Source: a virus
Lineage: Duplodnaviria > Caudoviricetes
DNA length: 64,000 nucleotides
Direction: 5' to 3' (one strand)
IMG/VR virus record: IMGVR_UViG_3300026258_000271
Location: 32,001 to 96,000 of that record
A program made the translations under genes and the position numbers. Below are positions 28,718 through 39,300 of the stretch, in pieces (positions within the stretch are counted from its first letter, which is position 1; every line of letters begins with the position of its first letter). The notes below the pieces were generated by a model. That model searched no databases. It was not told where the DNA came from and worked only from the letters and a program-made list of their open reading frames with translations.

Positions 28718-29912
28718 AATACTCCTTTATCTCTAGCAGTTCAGGTACAAGCGACTCTATTTTGAATCCCCTTTTCTGGTTCAAGAAGTCAACCCATTGG
28801 AAAACACGATCTTTATTTTTTAAAAAATAAGTTTTATCTTCTAATGTTTCATGAGAGATCCAGGACCACAAGGACTCCTTTCTGTCTACTTTTGGGTTAT
28901 TCGCACACCATATAGATTCTGCATGTTTCTTGTTGAAACGGTCTAACATGTGTTGTGGGATCATTGCCGGACTAACATACAGGGGTGTAGTTGCTGTCAA
29001 TATGTTGATACGGCCAACACTTTTCATTTGTGTGAAATATTTTATCGCGTCTTCTATATTAAAAAAATTATAAATCGAAAGAGTGATAATAATATCCAAT
29101 TTCCTGTTAGTTGTGCTATGATATTTGTTAATTTTTGCCACGACATCATCAAACTCCGTGCTTCGTATCCAATTGTACTGCTTTCCTATACCGTCTATGC
29201 TTACCCCCAGATGCAATTTTTTGATATCTTTTATCAGATCAAGGATTTGGTCACTCATCATGGACAAATTTGTAATTAAATTTATTTGACATTCTAACTT
29301 TTCTTTTTTGATTTTTTCAAGCAACTTCAAGTTTCTTTTGTCCGCAAAAGGTTCTCCACCTTTCAACATAAGTTGTTCAACAGTTGGTACTATTTGTAAA
29401 ATTTTATCATAGTCTTCGTCGGTCATGCTGTAATTGTTTTTTGCAAACCTAGTACCTTCTTCTCGGAATCCTAGTCCTTGTTCGACTGCTTCTTTGTCGA
29501 TGGCCATCCATTTACTGCTGAACTTTGATCCACAAGTCACACACGAGGCATTACAGGCGTTGCTTGGCGTGAACTCTAGGTACTTGACATCATACTTGTC
29601 GTTTCTGAAGTTGTCATCGCTCCATGGTAGCCGTTCCCCCATGAAATCTACTAGGGCCGGCTTTCCTTTTTCTCGATTTCTTTCACAATTATAACAAGGT
29701 GAGGGCCATTTTCCTTTTTTGAATTCATCTCTGATCAATCCCTGAGATTCACCATTAATAAAATCTGTTAGACTTTTTTCTTTAGAGATGTGTCCTAGGC
29801 TTACGTGTGGTGCTCCACAGCATGTCACCATGTTTCCGTCGGGATTGATTGTTACCCCGGAAAACGGAAACTTACAGATTGTTGGCTTCCTTTTGTTGTA
29901 TTCTATTTCCAA
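28701..29912 (-). CDS. radical SAM protein with N-terminal Twitch domain
   Basis: CKFPF...TCC...CYNC; CNASCVTC; GGEP. Confidence 0.9.
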   Translation of the reverse strand: MEIEYNKRKPTICKFPFSGVTINPDGNMVTCCGAPHVSLGHISKEKSLTDFINGESQGLIRDEFKKGKWPSPCYNCERNREKGKPALVDFMGERLPWSDDNFRNDKYDVKYLEFTPSNACNASCVTCGSKFSSKWMAIDKEAVEQGLGFREEGTRFAKNNYSMTDEDYDKILQIVPTVEQLMLKGGEPFADKRNLKLLEKIKKEKLECQINLITNLSMMSDQILDLIKDIKKLHLGVSIDGIGKQYNWIRSTEFDDVVAKINKYHSTTNRKLDIIITLSIYNFFNIEDAIKYFTQMKSVGRINILTATTPLYVSPAMIPQHMLDRFNKKHAESIWCANNPKVDRKESLWSWISHETLEDKTYFLKNKDRVFQWVDFLNQKRGFKIESLVPELLEIKEYYAQYS

Positions 29913-31060
29913 TTCACCGTCTCCTTATGCCATAATTTTTTCCAGTTAATTTTGCGATTTCTACTTAATATTTCTAAGTAATCATTGATGCGTGTTTTAG
30001 TCTCCTTTTTAGCATGTAACTTTAGTTCAGCAAAAAAATTCTTGTCCGAGTCCTTAAAATTTTTATACATTTGTATGATTTTATTTTTTGCACTCTGGTT
30101 GAGGTTCCTTACCGACAGTACATTCCAGTCAGGATTGTCTTTTTCTGAGGTCTCCATGACGTACGAAAATGTGGACATTTCAAGATTAAAATTTTTTTTG
30201 TAATAATCTTTTATTTTTTCTAATTCAAATACATTTAACAGTTGTACTGTCAATGTTAACTTCATAATATATCTGTGATATTGCATTAGATTGTTTTCAA
30301 ACTGGTCCACGTCTATAGGGTGCCTAATGAATCCTAGTTTATCACCATAATGATCACACGAGACCAGTAATTGCACATTCTTATATCTCTCCACTAGATC
30401 TTCTAAACAATATTTGTTCCATTTTAAATTAGTCAAATTTGTTTCTATTTCGATAGATATTTCTTCTGCATGTTGTCGTGGCATGTCTTCTAAAAAAAAC
30501 TTCCAAAATTTTGGAATAGCAAAAGGTTCGCCGCCAGTGACAGATATTGTTCCTATGTGTCGTGCATTTTTTATTAAATCTTTTTTAAAAAGTTCAAAGT
30601 TGCTGTATGAGACTCCCGGAAATGTTCCCCAGGTGTCTGTTGTGTATCCAACTTGTTTTAATTCTTTTTGCCTTGTTGTGGAATTGTACGGTATACACAT
30701 AATACATGATAGATTGCAATGGTTACCAAAGTTCCTTATACGTAAGTTAATTTTTTCTACTTTGCTTGGTTGTCTTTCTTCTATAAGTTTTGTTCTCACA
30801 GAATGTCCAACTTTTTGTTCCTGTTGATAGCAGATCTCACACGAATCTATCCTCTCACCTGCCAACATTTTTTCTCTTATTTTATTCATTCCCGCTGATA
30901 AGAAAAACTCTATAGGACCTACGTTTTTCCAGTTTGCCTTATCGCCAAAAAATTTTTTGGATTTGTAATGATCTGCCCAGCAACATAGATCGTATATGCC
31001 AGTGTTGTTGCTGTACACTGTGTCAAAAGGCAATGGACAGTAAGAGTCTTTTACTTCCAT
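29903..31060 (-). CDS. radical SAM protein with N-terminal Twitch domain
   Basis: CPLPF...LCC...CEIC; CNLSCIMC; GGEP; start moved to MEVKDS. Confidence 0.9.
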   Translation of the reverse strand: MEVKDSYCPLPFDTVYSNNTGIYDLCCWADHYKSKKFFGDKANWKNVGPIEFFLSAGMNKIREKMLAGERIDSCEICYQQEQKVGHSVRTKLIEERQPSKVEKINLRIRNFGNHCNLSCIMCIPYNSTTRQKELKQVGYTTDTWGTFPGVSYSNFELFKKDLIKNARHIGTISVTGGEPFAIPKFWKFFLEDMPRQHAEEISIEIETNLTNLKWNKYCLEDLVERYKNVQLLVSCDHYGDKLGFIRHPIDVDQFENNLMQYHRYIMKLTLTVQLLNVFELEKIKDYYKKNFNLEMSTFSYVMETSEKDNPDWNVLSVRNLNQSAKNKIIQMYKNFKDSDKNFFAELKLHAKKETKTRINDYLEILSRNRKINWKKLWHKETVNWK

Positions 31061-31770
31061 GTCACAATTTCCTCTATATCCGGTTTCAACGGATTTTTGT
31101 AATAAGGCATCTCCCCATCTTTGTACCCTATCCCCAAGAGAAACGCAACATTTTTCCATCCTTTTCTTAACGGTGCAAGTATATTTGTGAACTGTGTTTC
31201 AGAATAATAGTAGCATTTACAGAAACTAGCATGTAGTCCTTGTTCTGCCGCCAATAAAGTAGTGCCGTGTCCATGCATAGACGCCGCAATGATCCAGTCG
31301 TCATTGTCCTTGTAATCTATCAAAAGCCTTTTGTAATTTTTTTCCATTTGCTTTTTTGTTGGAAAGCCTGGAACCTGATAGTAAACCAATAGATATGGTG
31401 CAGTTACCTGTTCATTGAATGCGAAACCCTGTTGCTTTGCGGACCTTTGCCTGTTCTCGTAAGATGGATCTTCACGCATTGTTTCCCTTTGACTCTTCCA
31501 TTTGTTGTATATGTCTTTTTGCTTTTCAAGAGGATAATTTACAAATTCTCTTTTTTGATATCCTGTCACTGTCTGTAAAGCAACAGTTTCTTTTTCATCT
31601 TTGTGTTCAGGACCATACACATCGATGTTGTAGGCCCACATGTTGTTTTTGTGCGGCACTAGATGATGTGCATCTTCTAAAATTTTATCTATTTTTTCAC
31701 GTCCAGGATCATCTGCTTTGAAGTGATGTATGTTCTCCCTGAACTTCATAAGTTTTTTTAATTCTGTCAT
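31051..31770 (-). CDS. nitroreductase-family flavoprotein
   Basis: R.NIHHF, PHKNN..Y, APYLLV, LLAAEQGLHASFC, LGIGY. Confidence 0.72.
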   Translation of the reverse strand: MTELKKLMKFRENIHHFKADDPGREKIDKILEDAHHLVPHKNNMWAYNIDVYGPEHKDEKETVALQTVTGYQKREFVNYPLEKQKDIYNKWKSQRETMREDPSYENRQRSAKQQGFAFNEQVTAPYLLVYYQVPGFPTKKQMEKNYKRLLIDYKDNDDWIIAASMHGHGTTLLAAEQGLHASFCKCYYYSETQFTNILAPLRKGWKNVAFLLGIGYKDGEMPYYKNPLKPDIEEIVTWK

Positions 31771-32411
31771 TTTTTTGTTCCTATGATCATAAATCTTTTA
31801 TACTTGCCCATGTCCTTTTCGAACGATCTAATGTTATTTAATAGTGGATCATACTGTTGCACGAACACCTCGAGGTTTTCAACACAATTGACATGTTGTG
31901 GAACTTCGACATAATCGTTACTTTGCAAAACAAACAATGTATTCTGAGGTGCATTTGAAATTGTATCTGTGATAATGCTCTGTTCCATGTGTTCACAACT
32001 TGTATTGATCACTATACTGAAACTTTTTTCTGATATATTTAGGTCCTTGATGTCTTTCTCAACAAACTCAACACTTGGAAACAACATCCTGCCCACCTGT
32101 CCGGCGTATGGATCAAAATCATATGAATAGATATTCCTAATGGGTTTTAAAGAAAAATGATCTGACACTATCTTGGCCATCAAACCATACCAACCTCCTA
32201 GGATTGCAATGTCTATGCTGTCTTTTGTTTTCATTTTGAAGTGATAAGGGTATTGATTCAAGCAATCGATCAACCAAGTCTTACAATCAAACTGATTTTG
32301 ATTGAAACAGTCCAAGACGTCTATAAGTCTGCCTGGAAATTTATTGGCTATCTTCTTGATATTTTTATAGATATCAATTATTTGCTGGTTGTACTTGTTC
32401 ATACTTGCCAT
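31767..32411 (-). CDS. class I SAM-dependent methyltransferase-like protein
   Basis: ILGGWYG motif I, SYDFDP, VINTSCEH, LQSN; start uncertain (32402 or 32411). Confidence 0.75.
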   Translation of the reverse strand: MASMNKYNQQIIDIYKNIKKIANKFPGRLIDVLDCFNQNQFDCKTWLIDCLNQYPYHFKMKTKDSIDIAILGGWYGLMAKIVSDHFSLKPIRNIYSYDFDPYAGQVGRMLFPSVEFVEKDIKDLNISEKSFSIVINTSCEHMEQSIITDTISNAPQNTLFVLQSNDYVEVPQHVNCVENLEVFVQQYDPLLNNIRSFEKDMGKYKRFMIIGTKK

Positions 32412-32964
32412 TATACAACACAATAGCACTATTATCAATGTTTTCTAACCAACTGGTAATATTATTTGTCTTGATAAGTTGGTAATCTACCTCTTCGTTG
32501 TATATGAATCTATCTATTCCTGAATAAAGCCTCAAATACATGTCTCTGTGCTTCATAAACTTTTCAAATACATGTGAATGATTGCTCCAACGCATGATAC
32601 TGGAATTCACCATGGTGTTTTGTGTGATCCTGAATACGTAATCGTCCTTTACACCTTTCCAAGGAGTGCTATCTATGAGAGAAAAGTTTTGAAAGTCTTC
32701 ACACAAGAAATCAATGTTGGAATTTATTTTGATGTCTAGATCAAAGAAAAGACTATCGCCTTTGTTTTCTAGCAGAGCGAGTTTGTGCCAGACACCACGC
32801 AGGTATGAATATTTTACAGGTAAATCATAATCATATTCGGGTGTGTCGGTGTAACAAACAAATTTGTGAGGCACAGTTAGATTTTTTGCTATCGACTCTT
32901 TCAGTTCCTCGACAAAATGCCTAGGGTATTTGTCTCCCCATCTAACGCAATATACTGTTAACAT
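32374..32964 (-). CDS. GT-A fold glycosyltransferase-like protein
   Basis: CVRWGDKY, FVCYTD, WHKL, FFDLD DxD, NSSIMRW. Confidence 0.7.
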   Translation of the reverse strand: MLTVYCVRWGDKYPRHFVEELKESIAKNLTVPHKFVCYTDTPEYDYDLPVKYSYLRGVWHKLALLENKGDSLFFDLDIKINSNIDFLCEDFQNFSLIDSTPWKGVKDDYVFRITQNTMVNSSIMRWSNHSHVFEKFMKHRDMYLRLYSGIDRFIYNEEVDYQLIKTNNITSWLENIDNSAIVLYNGKYEQVQPANN

Positions 32965-33440
32965 TATTTGTTTTGTTTTTGTACAATGTCCGTATAGGCC
33001 AACAACACCTCAAGTGGCGTTTTTGCCTGACGAATTTTCTTCTTGTCTTCGTTTCCGTTGTAGTCCTTAACTATATCTTTGTCAAAAACTTTCAGTTTCA
33101 GGTTGAACAGTTGCTCAGCATGTTCTTTTTCACTGTAATTCAATACAAAGTCGATAACACTATCGAAACTACGCATTGGACTGTCTTCCATTTTGATTTT
33201 CATTCTCGCATCAACTACCCTGTTCAATTGATTCAATGCTTGTTTGTTTCTGGCAACAGTTGAATCTGCTATTTTGGCCAACGGATACTCCTCAACAAGA
33301 TCTCTGAAATCATTGTGTGTCATGTCGACTGGCAGGTAATGATTGATTGCACGTTTGCCATCTTGATATATGACCTCTACTGTCGTGTTGTCAGGATCCG
33401 TGTAGTATGCTTCTATTATCTTTCCTGAAAATATTGCCAT
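32964..33440 (-). CDS. hypothetical phage protein
   Basis: 158-aa ORF with AGGAGA RBS. Confidence 0.75.
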   Translation of the reverse strand: MAIFSGKIIEAYYTDPDNTTVEVIYQDGKRAINHYLPVDMTHNDFRDLVEEYPLAKIADSTVARNKQALNQLNRVVDARMKIKMEDSPMRSFDSVIDFVLNYSEKEHAEQLFNLKLKVFDKDIVKDYNGNEDKKKIRQAKTPLEVLLAYTDIVQKQNK

Positions 33441-33451
33441 TTTTATTTCTC

Positions 33452-34387
33452 CTATGATTTCTGTATTTTAAACGAATATGTGTTAACTGTCGACGGTGTT
33501 CCGTCTGGAAATTCCTGTGCTCGGTAATCACTGCCACTGACAAATCTGGTTTGATAATTTCCACTTCCACCAGTCAATTGTGTGTTAACAATGGCTGATC
33601 CTCTCAAATTACCAATACTGCCATCAATGTTATATGAAATTTGGTTTCCGGCTGAGTTGTTGACCACATGATGCCTAATGTATTCTTGCATTAATGCACC
33701 TATATTTGCTGTGGAATACTGTTGTAGGTCATTATTTGAATCTATTTGCAATGGAGGATTGAATGTTCCAAGCACTCCGTCTATACGATGTAGATAATAG
33801 TTGGTAATCGTCTGTGGTTGATCCAATGCTTCACCTATGGCATCTGCCGAATACAATGATGTGTCTGCCCTTGTGTCTGTAAACACTGGTGTAGACGAAA
33901 CTAATGTGGATCCTGTCACGGAATCTGATGTTGCAATATGATATGTTCCTGCCTGGTCCGATGTTGTTGTGGCCGCCGCCAAAAGATTGATTGCTGGAAG
34001 TATAAAAGTGTCAACAAAATCTGTTTCCGTCATTGCCCTGATTTGAGTTCCTGTCCAGTACACTGGAAATGTTTTGCCTGTGTCTGATGTTGTTACGTTT
34101 GCGGTCTGTGCCGCTTGTGTAATCCTCTGGTATGATACTGTGACAACGCTTGGCTCTGCAGTTGTTGCCTCACTGGGGAAACTGCCTGATGCCGTTGATG
34201 CCGCACCTGCCTGCAATCTGGTGTCATCTATCGAAGTTAGATTTCCACCTGACCCTGCCACTGTCAATACTCTCGATGGATTCAATGAATAATAGTAAAC
34301 TGCTAAGGAATAAAGATTGTTTAAATCAGTTGTTTTTGCCTGTTGGAGTTGGGATCCATTGTATAATAGGGGTACTCTGACAGTCAT
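33452..34387 (-). CDS. virion structural protein
   Basis: Thr/Ser-rich; directly follows a tail fibre; C-terminal YRAQEFPDG. Confidence 0.7.
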   Translation of the reverse strand: MTVRVPLLYNGSQLQQAKTTDLNNLYSLAVYYYSLNPSRVLTVAGSGGNLTSIDDTRLQAGAASTASGSFPSEATTAEPSVVTVSYQRITQAAQTANVTTSDTGKTFPVYWTGTQIRAMTETDFVDTFILPAINLLAAATTTSDQAGTYHIATSDSVTGSTLVSSTPVFTDTRADTSLYSADAIGEALDQPQTITNYYLHRIDGVLGTFNPPLQIDSNNDLQQYSTANIGALMQEYIRHHVVNNSAGNQISYNIDGSIGNLRGSAIVNTQLTGGSGNYQTRFVSGSDYRAQEFPDGTPSTVNTYSFKIQKS

Positions 34388-35605
34388 CTACGCTCCTGCG
34401 CCGTTGATGGTCTTTAATACGCTCCCTGAACTACTTAAAATTTGTAGTGATGTTGGTGTAGCCATCATGGCCGCTGTTACAGTGCCAGAATCACCTGTTG
34501 TTACAACCGATCCTGTTACGTTAGGAATAGTGATTGTTCTGTCGGCTGTTGGATTTGCAACTGTTAAAGTTGTTTCGAATCCATCATCGGTAGAACCTTC
34601 AAAAATAATTGTGCCATTCTGAGTGATCTCTATGCCTGATGTTGTAACTGCACCAGTTATTGGGCCAGTGAACGCTGTGGCATTTACAGTGCCCGACACA
34701 TCAAGTTTAGTAGAAGGTGATGTTGTGCCTATACCTATTCTTGATTCAGCACCATCTATTGTCATTACCGTAGTTGTTGCGCCACCATCGTTGACTTTGA
34801 ATGTGATATCAGTATTTTGTATTGTGTTTGCCACATTTATTCCTGAGCCATCCACTGTTATTGACAAGTCGTTGTCAGCACCAACGGTCATACCAGAATC
34901 TGTTACAATACCTATTGTGCCTGTTGTGGTGTCATTGGCATCTGATCTCAGGAAAGACGCCGCAGAAATGCCACCAAGTTTGTCGGCATCTGTTGATGTT
35001 CCGTGTAATTTAATCCCAGACGGTGATGTTGTTAATGTGATTCCTTTGAACACTGTTGGAAAACCTGCGATTGTGGTCTGTGGTGTGAATTCCGTATCTG
35101 AAACAATGGCAATTAAAGTGCCATCACTGTACCATTTCGTAATTGGTTGGCTGGCAGTAGTCGAATCTGTTACATTTTCAAAAATAAAACCATTGAGTGA
35201 TCCTGTTGAAGCAGGGGGACCTACTAAAACACTCTGAGAGCCATCATAGTAATACAGTTGTCCTGTATCCGAGTCAATCCAAAGGTCACCTTGTTGAATC
35301 GCTGTTGGCTGTGTGGACTGATAGGGTACGTTACCTCCCGCTGGAACAAAAGCAGTTCCTGTGTATACCTTTAACCTGTTCCCTGCCGAGTCATAGTACA
35401 GTTGTCCTTGTATAGGTTTTGTTGGTGCCGTTGGACCCGAAAAATTTTCTAATAGGTGTAAGAAATTTTCTGCTATCAGTTCTCCATAACCTGCGTAGCC
35501 TTTTCCGATAAAACTTAAATCTGTTTGTGTGTTTACAACACCATCTTGCACTATGTACTGGTTTGGTGATGCAGAACTGTTAGTCTTGTTTACTGTATAT
35601 GCCAT
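34388..35605 (-). CDS. tail fibre/baseplate-associated protein
   Basis: GKGYAGYGE..AEN..LLENF..GQLYYD; RIGIGTTSPSTKLDVSG; paralog of 20715..22340. Confidence 0.78.
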   Translation of the reverse strand: MAYTVNKTNSSASPNQYIVQDGVVNTQTDLSFIGKGYAGYGELIAENFLHLLENFSGPTAPTKPIQGQLYYDSAGNRLKVYTGTAFVPAGGNVPYQSTQPTAIQQGDLWIDSDTGQLYYYDGSQSVLVGPPASTGSLNGFIFENVTDSTTASQPITKWYSDGTLIAIVSDTEFTPQTTIAGFPTVFKGITLTTSPSGIKLHGTSTDADKLGGISAASFLRSDANDTTTGTIGIVTDSGMTVGADNDLSITVDGSGINVANTIQNTDITFKVNDGGATTTVMTIDGAESRIGIGTTSPSTKLDVSGTVNATAFTGPITGAVTTSGIEITQNGTIIFEGSTDDGFETTLTVANPTADRTITIPNVTGSVVTTGDSGTVTAAMMATPTSLQILSSSGSVLKTINGAGA

Positions 35606-35608
35606 CTA

Positions 35609-36334
35609 TTAGTATCCTGTGTTACCGCCTGAAGTTGTACCACTAACTGTGTTAGAAGTTGTCAAGTTAGTTGAACTTGTTTCAGTAAATGTAGTTAAAC
35701 TTTGAATTCTAAGTGTGTAATCGATCTGGATTAATCTGTTCAACGACTTCTGAACCGGGTGGAATACAACGTGTGTCAATAATTTGTTTGTGCCACCATT
35801 CTCAGAACCTTCCCATGATTTCAAACCTAGTTCATCGAACACATAGTCACCATTGAAATTTGTTGTGTTGTCAAATGACTCCTGTCCTGTTGGCTCACCA
35901 TAATCAAGTGTGCAAGTGCAAACTATATCTGTGTACTTGTTTCCTGTGGTGTGTCTCACTTCCATCTTGTTTCTTGATGTGTCTTTGTTGGTTGTTGAGT
36001 TGTCATCTATAACTTTGTAATATGTCTGATTGTAAAGTGTTGAATTTGTTCCTGTCGTGTTAGGAGTAAGATATGTGATAATACCTGTTGGGTCTACACT
36101 TGTTCCACCGTTTCCAAATGCCATCTCATGTATGAAGCCTGTCGATTTGTTTGCTAATGAATTTGCCATTGCCTGAGACATGTTTTCGTAGTGTATTGCG
36201 TTTCTTTTATCAACAATCACTTCGCCCGTTTCAGGATCGAAAATCTTTATGTGTCCCTGCATCATCACTCCTGTGTGATCTTGCGGCTTCTTATGCTCTT
36301 CTTGTGCTTCTGTAGGTTTGTTGTCCTGTGTCAT
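35609..36334 (-). CDS. baseplate/tail structural protein
   Basis: NAIHYEN, FGNGG, FDELGL, HPVQKSLNR motifs; tail-cluster context. Confidence 0.7.
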   Translation of the reverse strand: MTQDNKPTEAQEEHKKPQDHTGVMMQGHIKIFDPETGEVIVDKRNAIHYENMSQAMANSLANKSTGFIHEMAFGNGGTSVDPTGIITYLTPNTTGTNSTLYNQTYYKVIDDNSTTNKDTSRNKMEVRHTTGNKYTDIVCTCTLDYGEPTGQESFDNTTNFNGDYVFDELGLKSWEGSENGGTNKLLTHVVFHPVQKSLNRLIQIDYTLRIQSLTTFTETSSTNLTTSNTVSGTTSGGNTGY

Positions 36335-36340
36335 CTAGTG

Positions 36341-36347
36341 TATTTAT
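36341..36347 (-). promoter_or_regulatory. T4-type late promoter (ATAAATA)
   Basis: ATAAATA on the minus strand 6 nt upstream of ATG 36334. Confidence 0.55.
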
Positions 36348-39300
36348 TCAGGTGAGTTTGTCGGCTCGTCCGCTATGAATTTAGCCTGTTGAGTGGTAGA
36401 CCCTTGTAGACCTTTACCATCAGCAGGATTACCATCGGCCGGTGTAGTCCATACCTGTCCTCTCTTGTGTAGTATTTTGATCTGTGTGGAAATAGCCGGT
36501 ACACTGCTCAAAGTAACCGATGGTGTACTTCCGTCCACAGAATAGTTAATAGTTGACCCGTCCTCACTCTCGTATAACAATCGTTGGCCACCAATGAATA
36601 TGTCTACGTCGGGTTTCCCCGTATGCTGAGATACGGACGGGACCTGTGATATCGTGAACGTTGCTGTACTTCCGTCACTAATGAAAGTGTTGGTGTACAC
36701 AGTGTCCACATAAGGTATGGTTTGAGTACCAGACGCATCTACCACTTTAGCGCCTGATCCATGGTCCTTAATTCCTGTTCCAAGTGTGCCACGTTGTAAT
36801 TGACCTAACGTGTTTCCTGACTTGGTAAAATATTCAATTCTTTCTTTATCAACGAATACCACTCCTGGTATTATTGTTGACACTGTTGATCCATCTAGGC
36901 CAACCACCGGTTGTGGATTAGCCAATGCCGAACCGTTTGCGACTTTGATTTCTGTGTCATCTGTCGCCAATGTCTCTACAAGTTCTGTTGTGTGTGCCTT
37001 GCTTATTCTCTTATAGAATGTTCTGTTCATCATGTCTTTGAAAATTCTATAACCAACAGCATCGGCAATAGTTGGAAGAGCAAAGTATAGAATGTCTAAT
37101 CTATCTGCCTGTGTCATTGTTCTTCCAATCACAGTGATTGTATTTCCTGATAAAGTGAAATCATGATTTTGTACCAGACTTTGTCCATTCAGCCAAACAT
37201 ACATGTATGTTGAATTTGATGGAGTAAAGTAAGTTTTATACACACCATCTGATCTTCCTTCTAGTACTTCTCTTCTCAGGTTCATACCAATTGCATTATT
37301 GAACGTTGTCACTGCCATCTTATCGTTGATATTAAGAGTGTATCCATCTGATGCGATCTGTGATGTGTTAAGCACCAACCTGTTACTTTCATCAATGCTA
37401 TAATGATGATCGACGAGAGTGGTTATACTGATCATTTGATCTGCTGTTGGTACCTTACCTGATACGAAATTTATATTTTGATTGACGAGATCGACCGTGT
37501 AATCTGTTGTCAATGTTTTTATAGATCCATTTACATGAACTTCAACTTGATCTGCTGATGTAATTGTTTTGGCCGGATCCACCGTTGAGTCATCTAATAA
37601 TCCGTTGGTCACTCCATAAGTGTATGTGCTTCCGTCACCATTGTAGTAAGTGGTGTCTGGCGCTCTCAACATTTTGCCATTTACTTCCACCAATGTCAGT
37701 CCTGTAAACGGTCGAATTGCTCCTGGTGGGTAAGTCAGCACATGAGTAGTTGAACCATCATAGGTTATCTCCTCATTCCTCATCCTCATATGGCTTCTTC
37801 CTGTGAATGTGTCTGTTCCCCTCATGAATCCTGCTACCTGTATGAATGCTCCTGATGAAGGTGCCGAGTTGAAAGTCAAAACCAAAGTGTTTCCAATTTT
37901 AGTTGTTGAAAGATCTCCAAACTCAGGTGTAGTGGTTGTTGTTGTAAAAGCAGTTGTAGGTACACCGTCTATGGTGACGTACAACTCTGCTAGAGTTGAA
38001 TCTAAATTGAAATCTTCTCTTGACGAAGAAGTAAACTGTGTTGTGGAACCATCTCCAGAAAACTGATCTAAAACTGCAAAATCTCTTCCTGATATTGCAA
38101 AAGTTTTTGTGGCAATCACACTGAGTGGATCTGGTGCAGTGGTAAATGTTATTGTTTTTGCACCAACATCAACTGTGTAATCGGTAGTTAATTTTTTCAC
38201 CACACCATCAACCGACACTGTAATCGAACCAATTGTCCCAGGATGGTCACCTATGCCGAAAGTTGTTGTGGTTCCATCTCCTCTGTAAATTCTATCTGAA
38301 ATGTAAGGTGCGCCTGAAGTAGGAGTGGTGTAAACTTTGATATCCAATGTGTCGAATATCTGTCCTGGAACAACTTCTTCTGGTGCATAACTTGTTGTAG
38401 AAGATATAAATTCGTCACCATCGACATTAATGTCGCTTGGTGCTGAACCAAGTGCTGAGCCGTAAAGTCCATCTTTTGTGAATAATCCACCTTTTACAAT
38501 TGAATCTAGTGTTCTGTCATCTGTTGGTGTCAACACTCCATCGTCATCTGCCGGAATGAACTCTACTAAGGCATTTGCATTTTGGCTTTCACTCAATACA
38601 AAAGTGGTTGTGCTTCCATCTCCTGTGAACACATCAGAAAGTTTTCTACGTGTACTATCATTCTCTGAAACGTACACATGATATACCTCACCCGAAGCAG
38701 GTGCAGTGTCGAAAGTGTAGGATTTGGTTGTACCGTCAGCCAGGAATGGTACTGTTCTTGACAGTCCATAGTTATCCCATGGATAATCATACCATGCGGA
38801 GTTATCCCATCCTTGACTTTGATTAAACAATAATCCTGTTACCATTGTACCACCATAGTCAACACCCGACATAACCTGTGAAAGTTCGTTGCCTGGCATT
38901 CCCGAAGTTGGTGTATAGAAACCTAATATTCTGTCAGCGGCTGTAAGTCCTGACTCATCACCATAGTATTTGTACATACTGTTAATGCCGTCATCGAAAT
39001 CCGTAGTTGATGTGAATTCATTTGTAACTTTGTATAGTTGATTCTCGTATCTCAATAATGTGCCGTATTTGTATGTTGTATTAGCCGCCCAGTGTACCAC
39101 AGTAGATGAACTAGATATCCTGTCAAATTTTATCGTTGTATCAAAATCTCTTACCAAATCATTGTTTAGGTTCACATACGCCTTGGCAACGTCTGTTGGT
39201 GTTGAACCATCTGCAAGTCCGCCTGTGATTGTTATGGTAGGAGTTGTGGAATATCCAAAGCCAACACCAGTGACAGTTATGCCTGTAACTTTGCCACCGT

